From contig NMRA01000149.1 of NCBI GenBank assembly GCA_002633005.1, positions 640,440 through 704,439 of the forward strand: a DNA stretch of 64,000 bases, in the 5' to 3' direction. Both the position numbers and the translations under genes were made by a program. The notes beneath the pieces are model-generated. The model was not told the DNA's origin, searched no databases, and saw only the letters and a list, made by a program, of their open reading frames with translations. Source of the DNA: Phoronis australis (lineage: Eukaryota > Animalia > Phoronida). Position 1 is the stretch's first letter. The number at the start of each line of letters is the position of its first letter. Shown in pieces: positions 1 through 20,763 of the stretch.

Positions 1-745
1 CCATAATTTTTTATTTATTTTTAATAGGTTAAAATATAAAATCCAACACTTGCAAACAAATTGCTTCCAGGAGGACCTGTTAAGAACTTAGATGATTGAC
101 AGACAAGAACTAGTTGTCTTGTCCAATATTGTCAAAAACTAAAATAGCCTGTGAGCAATACTTTTGGCAGCCACCAGGTGTCTCTGTTTACCATGTGTCT
201 ATAATTTCAATGAACATTTTTTCAATTATAAGGATCTATGAATCTCAAACTGTCTCCACAAACTTTTTTATACTTCTATGTCAAGTGAATATTGGAACTT
301 GTTTATCTTACTCCTCATACTTTGTATTTAAAAGTCATCAATTTTCTTATATGTGTTAACACCAGTTTAGTGTTGCATAACTTTTCAATTCAATAGGACT
401 GCAAACAAACAGTTGGGTCAAATCAAGTTGCCCATGACTTGATTAATGGCTTAGTGAACATATTGCACTCTGTTCACTGGCAATATGGGCTTTTTTGTAT
501 TTCGATAAGTTAGGATATATGCCAATTGCATTTTTTTGAGTTTTGATTTCTTTGAAGATGTGTTGGGCTGAAGTAACCAACCTGTCAGCATTAACAGGTC
601 AAAAAATACCACCTATTTTTAATGCATCACTTCCTACAGGAACGACCACCCATAATTTGAGTTTTTTTCTGAGGACCACCACCCATGAATTTTTATTTCT
701 ACTGCCGTCCCCCCCCCTCCCACACGGATTTTACTGGAACAGCCC
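1..745 (+). mobile_element. PIF/Harbinger-type MITE, family A copy 1 (left end off-window)
   Basis: Near-identical to 5658-6477 and 45499-46321; right TIR ..CCCCTCCCACACGGATTTTACTGGAACAGCCC followed by TTA. Confidence 0.88.
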
Positions 746-1342
746 TTAGAGACTTGTGAAAAATAAAGGAAATTAATGTTTAAAAAGTGAGTAGCATTTG
801 TCAACATATAATTCAACTGATTCTTGTTAGTAGGTAACACCTAATAACCACCTCTTGAAGAAATTTTCCGTATGAAACATGTATCTTTGACAAGAGGATG
901 GAAGCGATACCATACCATTTGAAATCACTTTCAACATACAAGACAATACTTACCACAGTTCACCTGGACAAGTGTCACAACAAAATGTTCACATTTCTAT
1001 AGCCTGCCTTTTACAAGCAGAAAAAAATTCAATTCTAGGTTGGGTTATTCAAATCTCATAAGGGGTAATAAAACAATTGTCTTCTTAGCCAGTACCATAA
1101 ACCTTTTATTAAGATGTGTTTGCTTACACAGGCCAACTGGGACAGTTATATGATTGAGCAATACCTGGTAATATAATCACCAGTCAATTTCAAAAGGCCT
1201 ATTATGTGTGAATGACACCAATGATTTACAACCCTCCACAAAATTCTAAGCTACTATGTGGACTAGTAACCCTCAAAGCCGAAAATGTTTTAAAACAATC
1301 ATGAGGAGGATTAACATGAGAATTAGACATAAAATTAATTAC

Positions 1343-10481
<9,139 letters not shown>

Positions 10482-10791
10482 TGAAAACTACGCTGCTGCA
10501 GTCCTACATGAGCTGCTTGAATACGGATGGAAACGTACAAGAGCAAATCTAAAAGCGAACAAATGACAATATTTGTCGAGTCGCAGATTCCATCACGAAT
10601 CAAGTTCCGGTAAAGCAGAGACCTCTTCCGGTCATGTGTACAGAGGCCGCTGGACCGTGCTCTGCTCTTGTTACAGAAGCGTGCACTCAGCTCTAGTCAG
10701 TCACGGTTGTTGACGCGTTATCTATCGTAATTGTTGCTGATGGTTTGCGGATAAACTACAGAATTTCATTAACCAAGACCAAGAAGTGAGT
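10482..10791. promoter_or_regulatory. Candidate bidirectional promoter for CDK8 and the sulfotransferase, with a probable non-coding first exon of the sulfotransferase
   Basis: CpG-enriched; ETS-like TTCCGGT at 10605 and CTTCCGGT at 10625; strong donor AA|GTGAGT at 10786 that could splice to acceptor TTTTTGCAG|G at 12619/12620. Confidence 0.5.
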
Positions 10792-11096
10792 GGTGTGTAT
10801 CTTGACTGACGGTTGAAATTCAGCTCAGTCGTTGAGACACCAATCTCGTCTCAAGATCACAGCAGCAGGTCCTTTTTTGGGTTTTAGTTTTGGCTTTGTC
10901 GTCCTTAGCTACTGATTGTCCGCAATGCAGAAGCTGAGGACGCCGTTGTTGGGAAAACGTCCTGGAATTGTCTTAACGTATACTCAAATATGTGGGTGGA
11001 TGTTACTCTCACTATGTGACCTATTCGATAAAGTCACTCCGTTGTTGATGACTAACTGAGCCCAGTGAGAATAGAATGTGGATTTGCCATACCGTG

Positions 11097-11233
11097 AAAA
11101 ATTCGGCACTGGTCGGATATAGCGGCCCCTGATTTAGAGAACCAGTTCATCCACTATATAACTAGCCCGTTATTCAGTTATTGCCTGGTTCTCTAAATCA
11201 GGGGCCGCTATGTCCGACCAGTGCCAAATTTTC
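11097..11233. repeat. Near-perfect inverted repeat (about 48-bp arms, 39-nt spacer), probable fold-back MITE
   Basis: GGCACTGGTCGGATATAGCGGCCCCTGATTTAGAGAACCAG ... CTGGTTCTCTAAATCAGGGGCCGCTATGTCCGACCAGTGCC. Confidence 0.9.
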
Positions 11234-12638
11234 AAAATGCCCAATAATTTTTGTTAAAAACAAACACCACGGCGGTATTCAGCTGGAAAATTCAACCAAG
11301 CATAGTTTTTGATTTTTAAAAATCGATGAACTAATAAGCCAAGATTGAAGATAAACGACTGTGCGTATTGGTATATGTGGTTGATTTGCAAATGCTGATC
11401 AGATTTAACGATATCACATGGATTATTCTTTTAATATTCTTTCAGTCTCGTTTAACCAGATTTTTGACTAGGTTTGCAGTTGTACTTAACTCGTTATTTT
11501 ATACTTTCAAAAAGCTAGAACAGTACGTAGTCAGTGCAACCGAAGTTGTCCAGAGATTCTAAAATTTCAGTTTGGCCATCACCATGTTTGCATTTTTGTA
11601 CATATTTTGGGATTTGAGTTCTAATAAAGATTAAACTAATGATACGTGTAGTTTTGTTTGCTGTGAAATGTTTAGTGTAGGTGTAATCTGAAATCTTCAG
11701 GGACGGGCTCACAATTAAGTAAACTAATTAAGTTTTTATGGCGTTCAAAATCTACAACTGTTTTGGTACTTCAAGTTTAAAAATAAAATAAAAAGATATC
11801 AACCTGTCTCCTGTCAGAAAAAAACAGGAGAAAGTAGACAGAACTATTAAAAATAACGAAAACCGGTATGAAACATATTTAAAACCATTGTTCCTTTGGG
11901 AAGTGGCCCATTGTTGAGGTAAATACAAATTAAAATTTTTTAGTCATTTTTAATATTTAGAATGTGTCAAGTTAAAACTACTGGCCCCAGTTACCACCTT
12001 CAACTCTAATCAAATGCCAGAGAAAACCAATTTGGGTGTAATAACAACCACCATTGTTAAGACAGTAGTGCTAGCTATTACCTTTCCAGTCCATTAGCTC
12101 AGATCTACGTCGATACAAAGGGCGTGCTGAGTAGGCATCATTGATAACAGTTGTCTGGGGCTAAAGGGAATCTGAGCAGTGACCAGTGTAAAGGAGAAAT
12201 TCTTCACATTCTGTGCCTGAACTTGGAATCTTGCTTAATCTCAAGATCGCGTATGCGTGAACTTGGAATGCACGAGAAAACTTGACAAATTTCACTCAAG
12301 CAATCATGTTCATGTTTATAAAAATTTGAAATGCACTAAATCAAATTACACGTTAATAGAATACTGTAAATTTAAGCAATCTTTTTCAACTAATGATGAA
12401 CTTCACATCAAACAATAATTGTTTAACCACACACATATTCCTCCGTTTCTTTGACACAAGTTACGGTAAAGGAGAATATGGGTGATCATGAGGCCAATGA
12501 TTACAAAAATTCTTTAAACAAAACAAAAAATTTCACCTGACTGCCCAAGTTAGCATTCAATTCCATGTTCACACATGTAATAATTTTCAATACTTGGAGG
12601 TTTATTTTATTTTTTGCAGGTTGTTTAGTATCCAAAAA

Positions 12639-13739
12639 ATGAACAAGATTAGACTTGGTGTAAAGTTTTTAAAGCGCCATCTGTCAACTCAACAAGGTGG
12701 TGCCTGGGTTCCAACACAGAGGGATGTCTTGGTCGCATGTGTTGGGGCTGTCTGCACTGCTGCTGGTGTACTGTGGCTCAAGAATTACGTCTATTCAGAA
12801 CGCGGGAATAAAATCTCTCGATTAAAACTGCTGAAGTACAAAGGAGAAATCATACGTGACAAAGACTTTGGACGTTCCATGAGTAAAGTTGTCTCAAAAG
12901 AAGGACAAAAATATTACTTGCCCGACTTTGTATCTCTGCGCAATCTTGCCGTCATTGAAAGTTTTGAAGTACACGATGATGATATATTTGTTGCGAGTTT
13001 TCCGAAATCGGGAACAACTTGGGTCCAGGAGATTGTTTATCTTCTTCAGAGTGGTTTAGACTACAAAACAGCTGGGTCCAAAAAGCTTGAAGAAAGATGG
13101 GCTTACATGGAATATATCTGTCCTGGGTTGAACCAACTGGCCCTTCAACCAAATCCTCGCTTAATCAAGACCCATTTGCCATATCACTTTCTTCCTGAAG
13201 ACATTTGCACAAGACACAAAGGAAAAGTCATATACATCGCACGAAACCCTAGAGACACTGCTGTGTCATTCTATCATTTTATTAAGAATTTTCAAGATGT
13301 TCAATATAGAAAAACATTTTCAGAATTCTTCCCAAAATTCTGCTCTGGTGTGGTATTTTATGGGCCCTGGTGGACCCATGTGAAGGGATATTTAAATGAG
13401 AGAACAAATAATTGTAATTTATTGGTGGTGTTTTATGAGGATCTACAGAAAAACCCAGAGTTAGTTATTAAGCAGATTGCCGATTTCTTGGGCAAAGAGC
13501 TGTCTGAAGTGGAACTGCAAGACATCAAGGACTTTTGCCATTTCTCGACCATGAAGGACAGACCAACAAGTAACTATAGCTGGCTTGAAAAGGACGGATT
13601 GTTGAAGGGTGAATTTTTACGCAGAGGCAAAGTTGGTGACTGGGAAAAATATTTCACTGTATCCATGATTAGTCAACTGGATGAGATTTGCGTTCAAGAG
13701 CTTTTGGAAGACTTTGAGTTGTTTGTGTATAATGTGTAG
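12639..13739 (+). CDS. Cytosolic-type (Sulfotransfer_1) PAPS-dependent sulfotransferase, 366 aa, single coding exon, with N-terminal extension
   Basis: 5'-PSB loop ASFPKSGTTW, catalytic His in KTHLP, 3'-PB RNPRDTAVSFYHF, C-terminal FLRRGKVGDWEKYF; first ATG after the splice acceptor at 12619 is 12639; AATAAA near 13900. Confidence 0.93.
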   Translation: MNKIRLGVKFLKRHLSTQQGGAWVPTQRDVLVACVGAVCTAAGVLWLKNYVYSERGNKISRLKLLKYKGEIIRDKDFGRSMSKVVSKEGQKYYLPDFVSLRNLAVIESFEVHDDDIFVASFPKSGTTWVQEIVYLLQSGLDYKTAGSKKLEERWAYMEYICPGLNQLALQPNPRLIKTHLPYHFLPEDICTRHKGKVIYIARNPRDTAVSFYHFIKNFQDVQYRKTFSEFFPKFCSGVVFYGPWWTHVKGYLNERTNNCNLLVVFYEDLQKNPELVIKQIADFLGKELSEVELQDIKDFCHFSTMKDRPTSNYSWLEKDGLLKGEFLRRGKVGDWEKYFTVSMISQLDEICVQELLEDFELFVYNV

Positions 13740-16485
13740 TCAATGGAACATTTGATTGGTAAGCATGCTCACAACTGATGTGGCCTTATCACTGTCTGCT
13801 TCAGTTATATATATTTATTGCACAGTTATGGCTGTAGTCTGGATTGCTAACTGCTACCGTTATTTCCTGAAAGGCTTTCTAGTGGTTTTATAACTTGTCA
13901 AATAAAAGCTCATAAACCTGCCTTCTGTGAAAATTTGATTTTAAAGTAATTTTACTGTTTTGTAAAATGATTCAAATTTATACCTTTTTTGTTCAATTTA
14001 AGGCCAAATTTCCTGTCTCGATGAAATTGTCAGTGAGCGAAACACTAATGCCCCGACATGACTCTTGTAACGTGAAGTAAATAGGGTTTAACTCTATTGT
14101 ATATTTTATGCACTAATGCAGGTGTGATTGGTTGGACAAACCGATTCAAATTTTGCATTCATCAATGTTGGAAACGGCAATTTTAGAGAAATGGAGTACT
14201 TGAAAAATGTCTCTTAGAAGTACTTTAAAACTCGCTTAAGTGTGACACTCTGAAGTCGAATTTTCCCTGAACTCTGACAAGGTTCCACAGAACGGTTGTT
14301 CTTAAATTATGGCCTGGTTGTTTAATGCAGCTCTACAAGTAAGCCATAGTTTGTAAATCATATCGTCTCACAACTGAGAATGAAATGTTCAGATCATTCA
14401 GCATAAATTGCTCATTTTTATCTCACCCAAGTCTGGTATCGTTTCACTACTAATTTCTTACAAAATTATTGATCGACTGTACTTTGCGAAGTTCTAGGAA
14501 ATTACTCAATGTTCATTAGATTTTTTGTGCCTTGCAAATAGACTTGCGCTGTAAATCCCTGTTCTAATGCAGGTGAATGATCAGACAAGTCTAATTAAAC
14601 AGTCACGTGCACACTGAAAGTAGAGATACGTTCGAGTCTAGTAGTAGTAGCGAGCACAGGATATTCCTTTTCCATTACAGCACAAAAAAGCCACTCGAGT
14701 TCAATGCTGGTGATGTACGGGAAAGTTGCTGCAAAACCACTATAGTATATAAAGCAGGCATTAGTTTATTACGAATAATTTTGACTACCCCACGACTAGA
14801 AAATAACTAGTGCACCATCACAGAAACTAAAGTATGAATTAACTGTCAGTGTGTGGTGCACTCAGTCCAATACCAACTCTGATGAAATCTCTTGGTATGG
14901 TTATATCCAACTTATTCCGAGTTTTACTGAAGCATCAAGTTCTGTGTCGGTTGGCTTTATGTATTTTAATAAATAGTGCTTTAAAAAGCTTCTCTGTAAT
15001 CGCTTTGTGTTTAAAAACTTGCTTTTAACTTATGCCACTTATCATTAATAAAGTTGAATTCATTTTCATTATTACTCAGGTGAGAAACAATTTCTAGACT
15101 TGGTAAGTGCTGACAGTTCAGCTCAAGACCAGACTCGATAAGCTGTATTGACACAGGCATTTCATGCGTCATTATAATGGCTAGCCAAATTGGCTGGTTC
15201 TGACATTGAATGTTGGTAAGTGTACAAGCAATACAAACATTAGCCCGGTCAAGTAAACAAGTCTGGTCTCTATAAGTAATGAATTGCGACTTCTAACAAA
15301 TAGCCCAGAAATTGCAACAAATCTCAGTAACGAAGCTGTATAGACCAATTTCACAACACTATGTGGTCCGTAAATCTAAGAGTTATGAAAGAATGTAGAT
15401 ACGTAGGAGCTACAAGGTATGGGTTTCATGCACAACTTGTTGAGGAAGAGAAAAACTAATTTGGTAAAAAATTCATTTAATACAACAAGTAGCATCTTAG
15501 ATAATCTTTTACATGTACATGACTTATGTACATAATAACTGTTCTAGAGCACAACCTGAAGACATGTACAAAAGCAGAGTTCTTATCTAGCAGAACATTC
15601 AACAACTTGCAGTTTTGACAAACCATATTTACACCTAAATAAAGGTAAAACTGACCAAAATCCTGGCAACATTGAGGAAGAGTATGAGCTATCTGGAGAT
15701 TTTTGGAAGACAATCTTGATTCTAACACAGTAGCTCATGCAAAATCTCATAAAAAATACCAAGCAACTTTTCATCACCAACAACACCTTGACGCAAACAT
15801 AAAGATCTTCACATTTTCACATTTTTGTTTTTTAAAACCACTTCTGAAAAACACAAGAACTCAGAACGACCACTGCTCTATTGTTGGAGAAATATACCAA
15901 CTGTCAACAAGGGGTGAACAGATCAATGCAACCAACATGCTGTATAGCCCTGCTGTCTAGTGTTCTCAAGTTACAGGTGAAAAAAATAAGACACCAAGTA
16001 AATCAATTATTCCCTACATTTGGTGAAGTCGACCAACCCAAGAAGATATTCACTATAACTGACACTGTATTTGAAAGCCAATATTTCTACAAATACCAGG
16101 TTTTGCCAAAAATTGAGACCATCCTGAATTTTTTTTAAAAAAAACTCCAGTGGAATGCATTCATTGGCAGAAGAATCTATTGCTGACCAAAACTGACAAC
16201 TGTCTCTCCTTAAGAATGACTAAACTCTGCATAAATGGTTGAATTTGCAGCTCACAGTGGCCTGAAATCAGACAGTGATGGTAGAAAAACCTGCACCTCA
16301 TTAAACTTGATGGATATTACGTAATCAGCATGTTTATTCTGCAGAGTCAACATGGAACACACTGAAGTTTAATAGTCCACTGTCACTTCACCATGGAACT
16401 TAACTCTTGTTCAAATGAGAACACATTGTAGATCATTGTATACTGAAGTTTACATGACAGTATAGTCAATTTCTTCCGTCAGAAG

Positions 16486-19400
16486 TTATGTGTTTCCAGG
16501 AGATATTTGACTGGCTGTTGCTGGTGTCATCCAAGGACTAGGGAAGGCGGTGTCTGACTTGGTGTACACTTGAATGGGTCGGCGGAACCCTGCAAGCACG
16601 TAAATGAAAATATGGCTTTGCTTTAGTTCATCTTCATTTAAAGCCCAGAATACCAACTTAACGGTAAAAGTTAGCACCAATATTAACCCACCTCTACTGG
16701 CATTATTGAGTTTTAAGAACAACCACAAACGCACAAGCAAGTGTCGCTATTTACGAATCCTTCCCCCTGATTTGTTATGTTCTGCATGACTGACCACAAC
16801 ATGAGCATTTCAAGTAAAACTAAAAGTTTATGTTACTGACAAAATAAAAGCTCGGAAATTATTGGCTACTAAGTCTACATTTAGTAAAAAAAATATATCT
16901 ACAGACGCAAATATGAAACTTTAGAGTTCACACAATTTACAGTACTGCAAGGTTACCTTTGGACTTATTGAGAGGCAAATCCAAGTTTTCACACGTGGAG
17001 AAGCCAAGAGACAACAGGAACTCGGTAAATTGGTCTGGCTTGAATTTTATAGATGAGAACACTTTGAAGATTTCCTCCTGCAATATACAAGCAGTTGTAG
17101 GAATAGATAACAAAGTTCATAACTCAGACCCTCAATGCCTCGATTTGGGACAGCCCAAAATTTCCCTCATCAGGCCCCAAAATTCCCCTCCAATGACTAC
17201 AGAGTTCCACCCAAGGACAGAATCACTTTCATCTCACACACACCATCGGAGTCAAAAGATTTTAATAGCTGCGAAAATCTGCACGTCACAGGCATGCCTT
17301 TCCAATGTTTAGAGCCTCGATGTTGGGAGCAGAATCAGGATTAGTTCATCGCAAGTACAGGGATGATCACAAAGTACTGAGCAAAGAATATCATTCACAG
17401 CAACAGGGGGAAAGGTGGAAGACTTGGTGACGACCATGCCAACTCATAACATTGTGAAGAAAATGTGATTACTTTTCAAGGAAATGGCAGACTTAGATGA
17501 ATTTGTACAACAATTAATTAACAGCTATAAATTGAAAGCACACCTGGCAATGCAAATTTAATCATTTTTTAAAAATTGCGGTATAAGTATAGTTTTAAAA
17601 CTTACCGTCAATTTTTTCTTTTTCTTGTACGAGGTCCAGCTCTGTGGTTCCAGAATGAGTTTACCACCAGGTCTCAGTTGACGAAACATTCGCTTGAACA
17701 CACGCTTCAGTCCCTCATCACCGTGGTGAAGATGCATCCACTTGGTGACGCTTAGGCAGAGGATAGTATCATATTCTTCCTTCTGAAGCGCTAGTAGTTC
17801 ATCCGTCTCCAACACATAGTTACCCTGAAAGTAATCAAACAACTTTCTACACAGAGGCACAAGTCAGACAACTTCAACAAGAATGCACCAATTTCTTGAA
17901 GGTCAGACGCAAATGTTCATGTGGCATGGGTAACATAATAACACTTCAAGACATTTCGCGGCGTTATAAAACGGGATGAAGAAAAAATGTAACATACTAG
18001 TATGATTAGCACCAAAGTAGATCCCAGAGCTTTGTCGTAATTTTTTGCCACTGACAAGACCTTAATAAACATGGAAGCAACACCACTGGGTCCAAGTCTT
18101 CTGCAAAAGTACACATCACATAAACACACACCAGTGTTCTCCACACTCAAAAATTCAAACAGGCTGCAATTACAACCACTTTGAAAAATTAGACAGTGTA
18201 CAGCGCGACTGAAAAATGATACTTTTTGTTCAAAATGAACAAATCTGTTGTGTCGCATGCTATTTAAGCAGGTCAAAGGCAAAATCAAACAGGTCGCGGT
18301 GACCTGTTTAAAACAGGTCACTGAGAACACTGACACACAAACACGAACACAAACACACACACACACACACCTAAAGAAAAAGTACAATACTCACCTGAAC
18401 AAACATAACATTATTTGGGAACATCCCTGATGAGACAGGAGGTGCTGTCGCTGGCCCGTAACATAACGACATAGATGTGGGAAACCTGTTATCAGATGAT
18501 TTCTCTGATGTCACGTAATGTCTGACATTCTTCTTAGCAGCTGCAATCAGATTCTTGTCCACATCCAAACCTACAACTTTTGATGGACCAAATTTCTTGG
18601 CAATTTCAAGAGTGACATGACCAACATTACAGCCGATATCAAGCACCTGACGACCCTCAAACCATTCACTTTTAAATTTTGTTACTCTCAAATCTCCCTC
18701 AGCGTCAGGATTTCGATAACCATAATATCGATTGTAATTGCCATAAACAAACTTGTTTTTTCCACAAGCACTTCCAGCATGTTTACTATTCTGTCTACTG
18801 AATTTCACAGGGACAGACCCCTTCTCAGTTTTGGACTGAAACGCAAATGATCTGGCAACAGCAGAACTTGGTTCAGGCTTTCCATCTTCTGATTTACGCT
18901 TTCCTCGTTTTGACTTAGGCGAAGTTTGAGGAACAACTGGGGACACTATACGATCATCCACTCGGTGTACTGGCGAATCACTTTTTTCTGAGACATCAAT
19001 TGATAATTCGCAAGTTTTGTCAGCAGACAGAGTTGCTTCGCTATCTTCTTTTTCGGACTTCTTGCGGAATTTATTTCGCTTGTGCTTCTTCTTGGTTTTA
19101 GGAGAAATCAGAATATCCTGTTCATCATCCATGGCGTTCAAATTAAGTGGGTCCTTAATATTTGGTGGTATTATTACACTGACTCTGGACGGCCTAATAA
19201 TAGGGGAAGATTGCGGAGTGACTGCATTGAGCTGCCTGTTGATTTCTTCATCTTCACACAAACTGTTCAGGTTCAAAGGGTCATTTATATTTCCACCCAA
19301 TAGGAATTTTGATGGAAGCTTAAATTCCATCCTTTGGCTAGAAGATGATTTTCTTCTTTTCGGTGGTGGTTTGTCGTCTATAGGAAGTATTCTTGCACTA

Positions 19401-19612
19401 ACAGACATTGACCTGTGATACGGTTTGTCATTTCTCCTTTTTCTCATGGGCGCCGGGCTCAATGGCTTGTTTTCCCTGGCAACATTTTCTTCCTTCTTAC
19501 TATCAACACTTTGAACAGACAATTTTGTCTTAGGAGACTGACGAATCTCACCACAGGGAAATTCGGCATGCTCAAATTGAGTTCTGGTGGGGGTTTTGAT
19601 GTCCACACTCAT
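16486..19612 (-). CDS. MEPCE: 7SK snRNA methylphosphate capping enzyme (Bin3-type methyltransferase), about 553 aa, 4 coding exons
   Basis: Exons 19612-18395, 17824-17606, 17077-16957, 16589-16486; motifs [74 protein letters not shown]. The ORF-track start at 19633 is TTG; the ATG is at 19612. Confidence 0.95.
18333..18370. repeat. (CA)n-rich microsatellite in MEPCE intron 1
   Basis: acacacaaacacgaacacaaacacacacacacacacac. Confidence 0.8.
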
Positions 19613-20420
19613 TTTTGAGTCACTTTCCGACAATTCCTATAACTGTTCAAAACTAACTGCAAATATTTCCCGCTATGATATAGCCCGAATTTCCTATGAC
19701 ATCATAAAAAAGCAATTCATCTCCCATTTGGGGACATTTACTGACACATGGCGCCGGCGAAAACTGGCGACTGGAATGGGATGCGTTGTTTATTCGACCA
19801 TCTGATAAGCAGCGTGCCCTGGCGAGGAAAATCCGAGTTATCCAATTAACATAATTTATCCAAAAAGTCAGCACCTCTTTGGTCCAAATGACTGGTTCAA
19901 AAACACTCCAATCAATACCGAACCGCCAGATACCGAAACGAATTAGTCATTGAGCGAAAGAATACAAATAACAACACTTTACCAAGCCTGAAGACAACTT
20001 TTAACCCAACACAGCACAGACAACAACTTCAGCTGCAACTGAACGTGCTCAGAACCAATGTTCTGAATGGCTACTCACAGAGCATTATTTTAGTTAATCA
20101 TTAAAAAAGTAAAAACTCTATATAATATGTTTATTAATACCCTTTTTTGGTATATATAACACTAAAAATTGATATAATTAAGTTTTAAATATTTTGCAAA
20201 TGCTTGATTGTATTAAAAGTATAATATATCTTGAGATTTCGCATGCCACGTTTACATTTTTATTCAACTGGGGAGAAATGACGGGATAAAACGAGAAAAA
20301 CATAATTTCTAGGTCACGGACGAAAGACGGGAATACAAATATTTTTTCGTCTTTGGGGTGAGCTTTCCTAAATGAATGCATAGAAAATGTGCAAAAGTTT
20401 CATCTGTATTGAACTTTTGG

Positions 20421-20494
20421 CCAATCAGTCAGTTTTGAGAATGGAATTTGTGTGCATCAAGAGTGCCTGTCTCATATTTGGCGGGAATTTTGAA
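20421..20494 (+). promoter_or_regulatory. CCAAT box plus E2F/CDE-CHR tandem element between MEPCE and ZCWPW1
   Basis: GGCCAATCAG (CCAAT at 20421); TTGGCGG (20478-20484), 4-nt spacer, TTTGAA (20489-20494), matching the canonical DREAM/MuvB spacing. Confidence 0.5.
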
Positions 20495-20763
20495 ATGTAT
20501 ACTGTCGGATTAGCCTTTGGCTTGCCAAATTGTCGTCTGCTAAAATAAAATACCAGGATTGATTCTACCAGGTGGCTAATCTCCTCTCTTCGCTAACTGC
20601 ACGATTTTTCTCATTCACACGATTCTTTTCTTTTGAGTGCCGCTCCCATGAGAAAATGACTGAAATAATTCTAGTATTTTTCAGCAAAATTCGTAGGCGT
20701 AGCTACAGACGCTCGAATTTCCCGATGACTCATAACCATTTTAATCATTTTATAAGATAAGAT

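Noticed and set aside
12594-12638. ORF-track N-terminal extension of the sulfotransferase
   Set aside because: Starts at TTG and runs through a polypyrimidine tract and splice acceptor, so it is intron plus 5' UTR
19017-19418. 133-aa antisense ORF (also 48840-49265 and 40119-40445)
   Set aside because: Shadow ORFs opposite real MEPCE, KIF1A and ZCWPW1 exons
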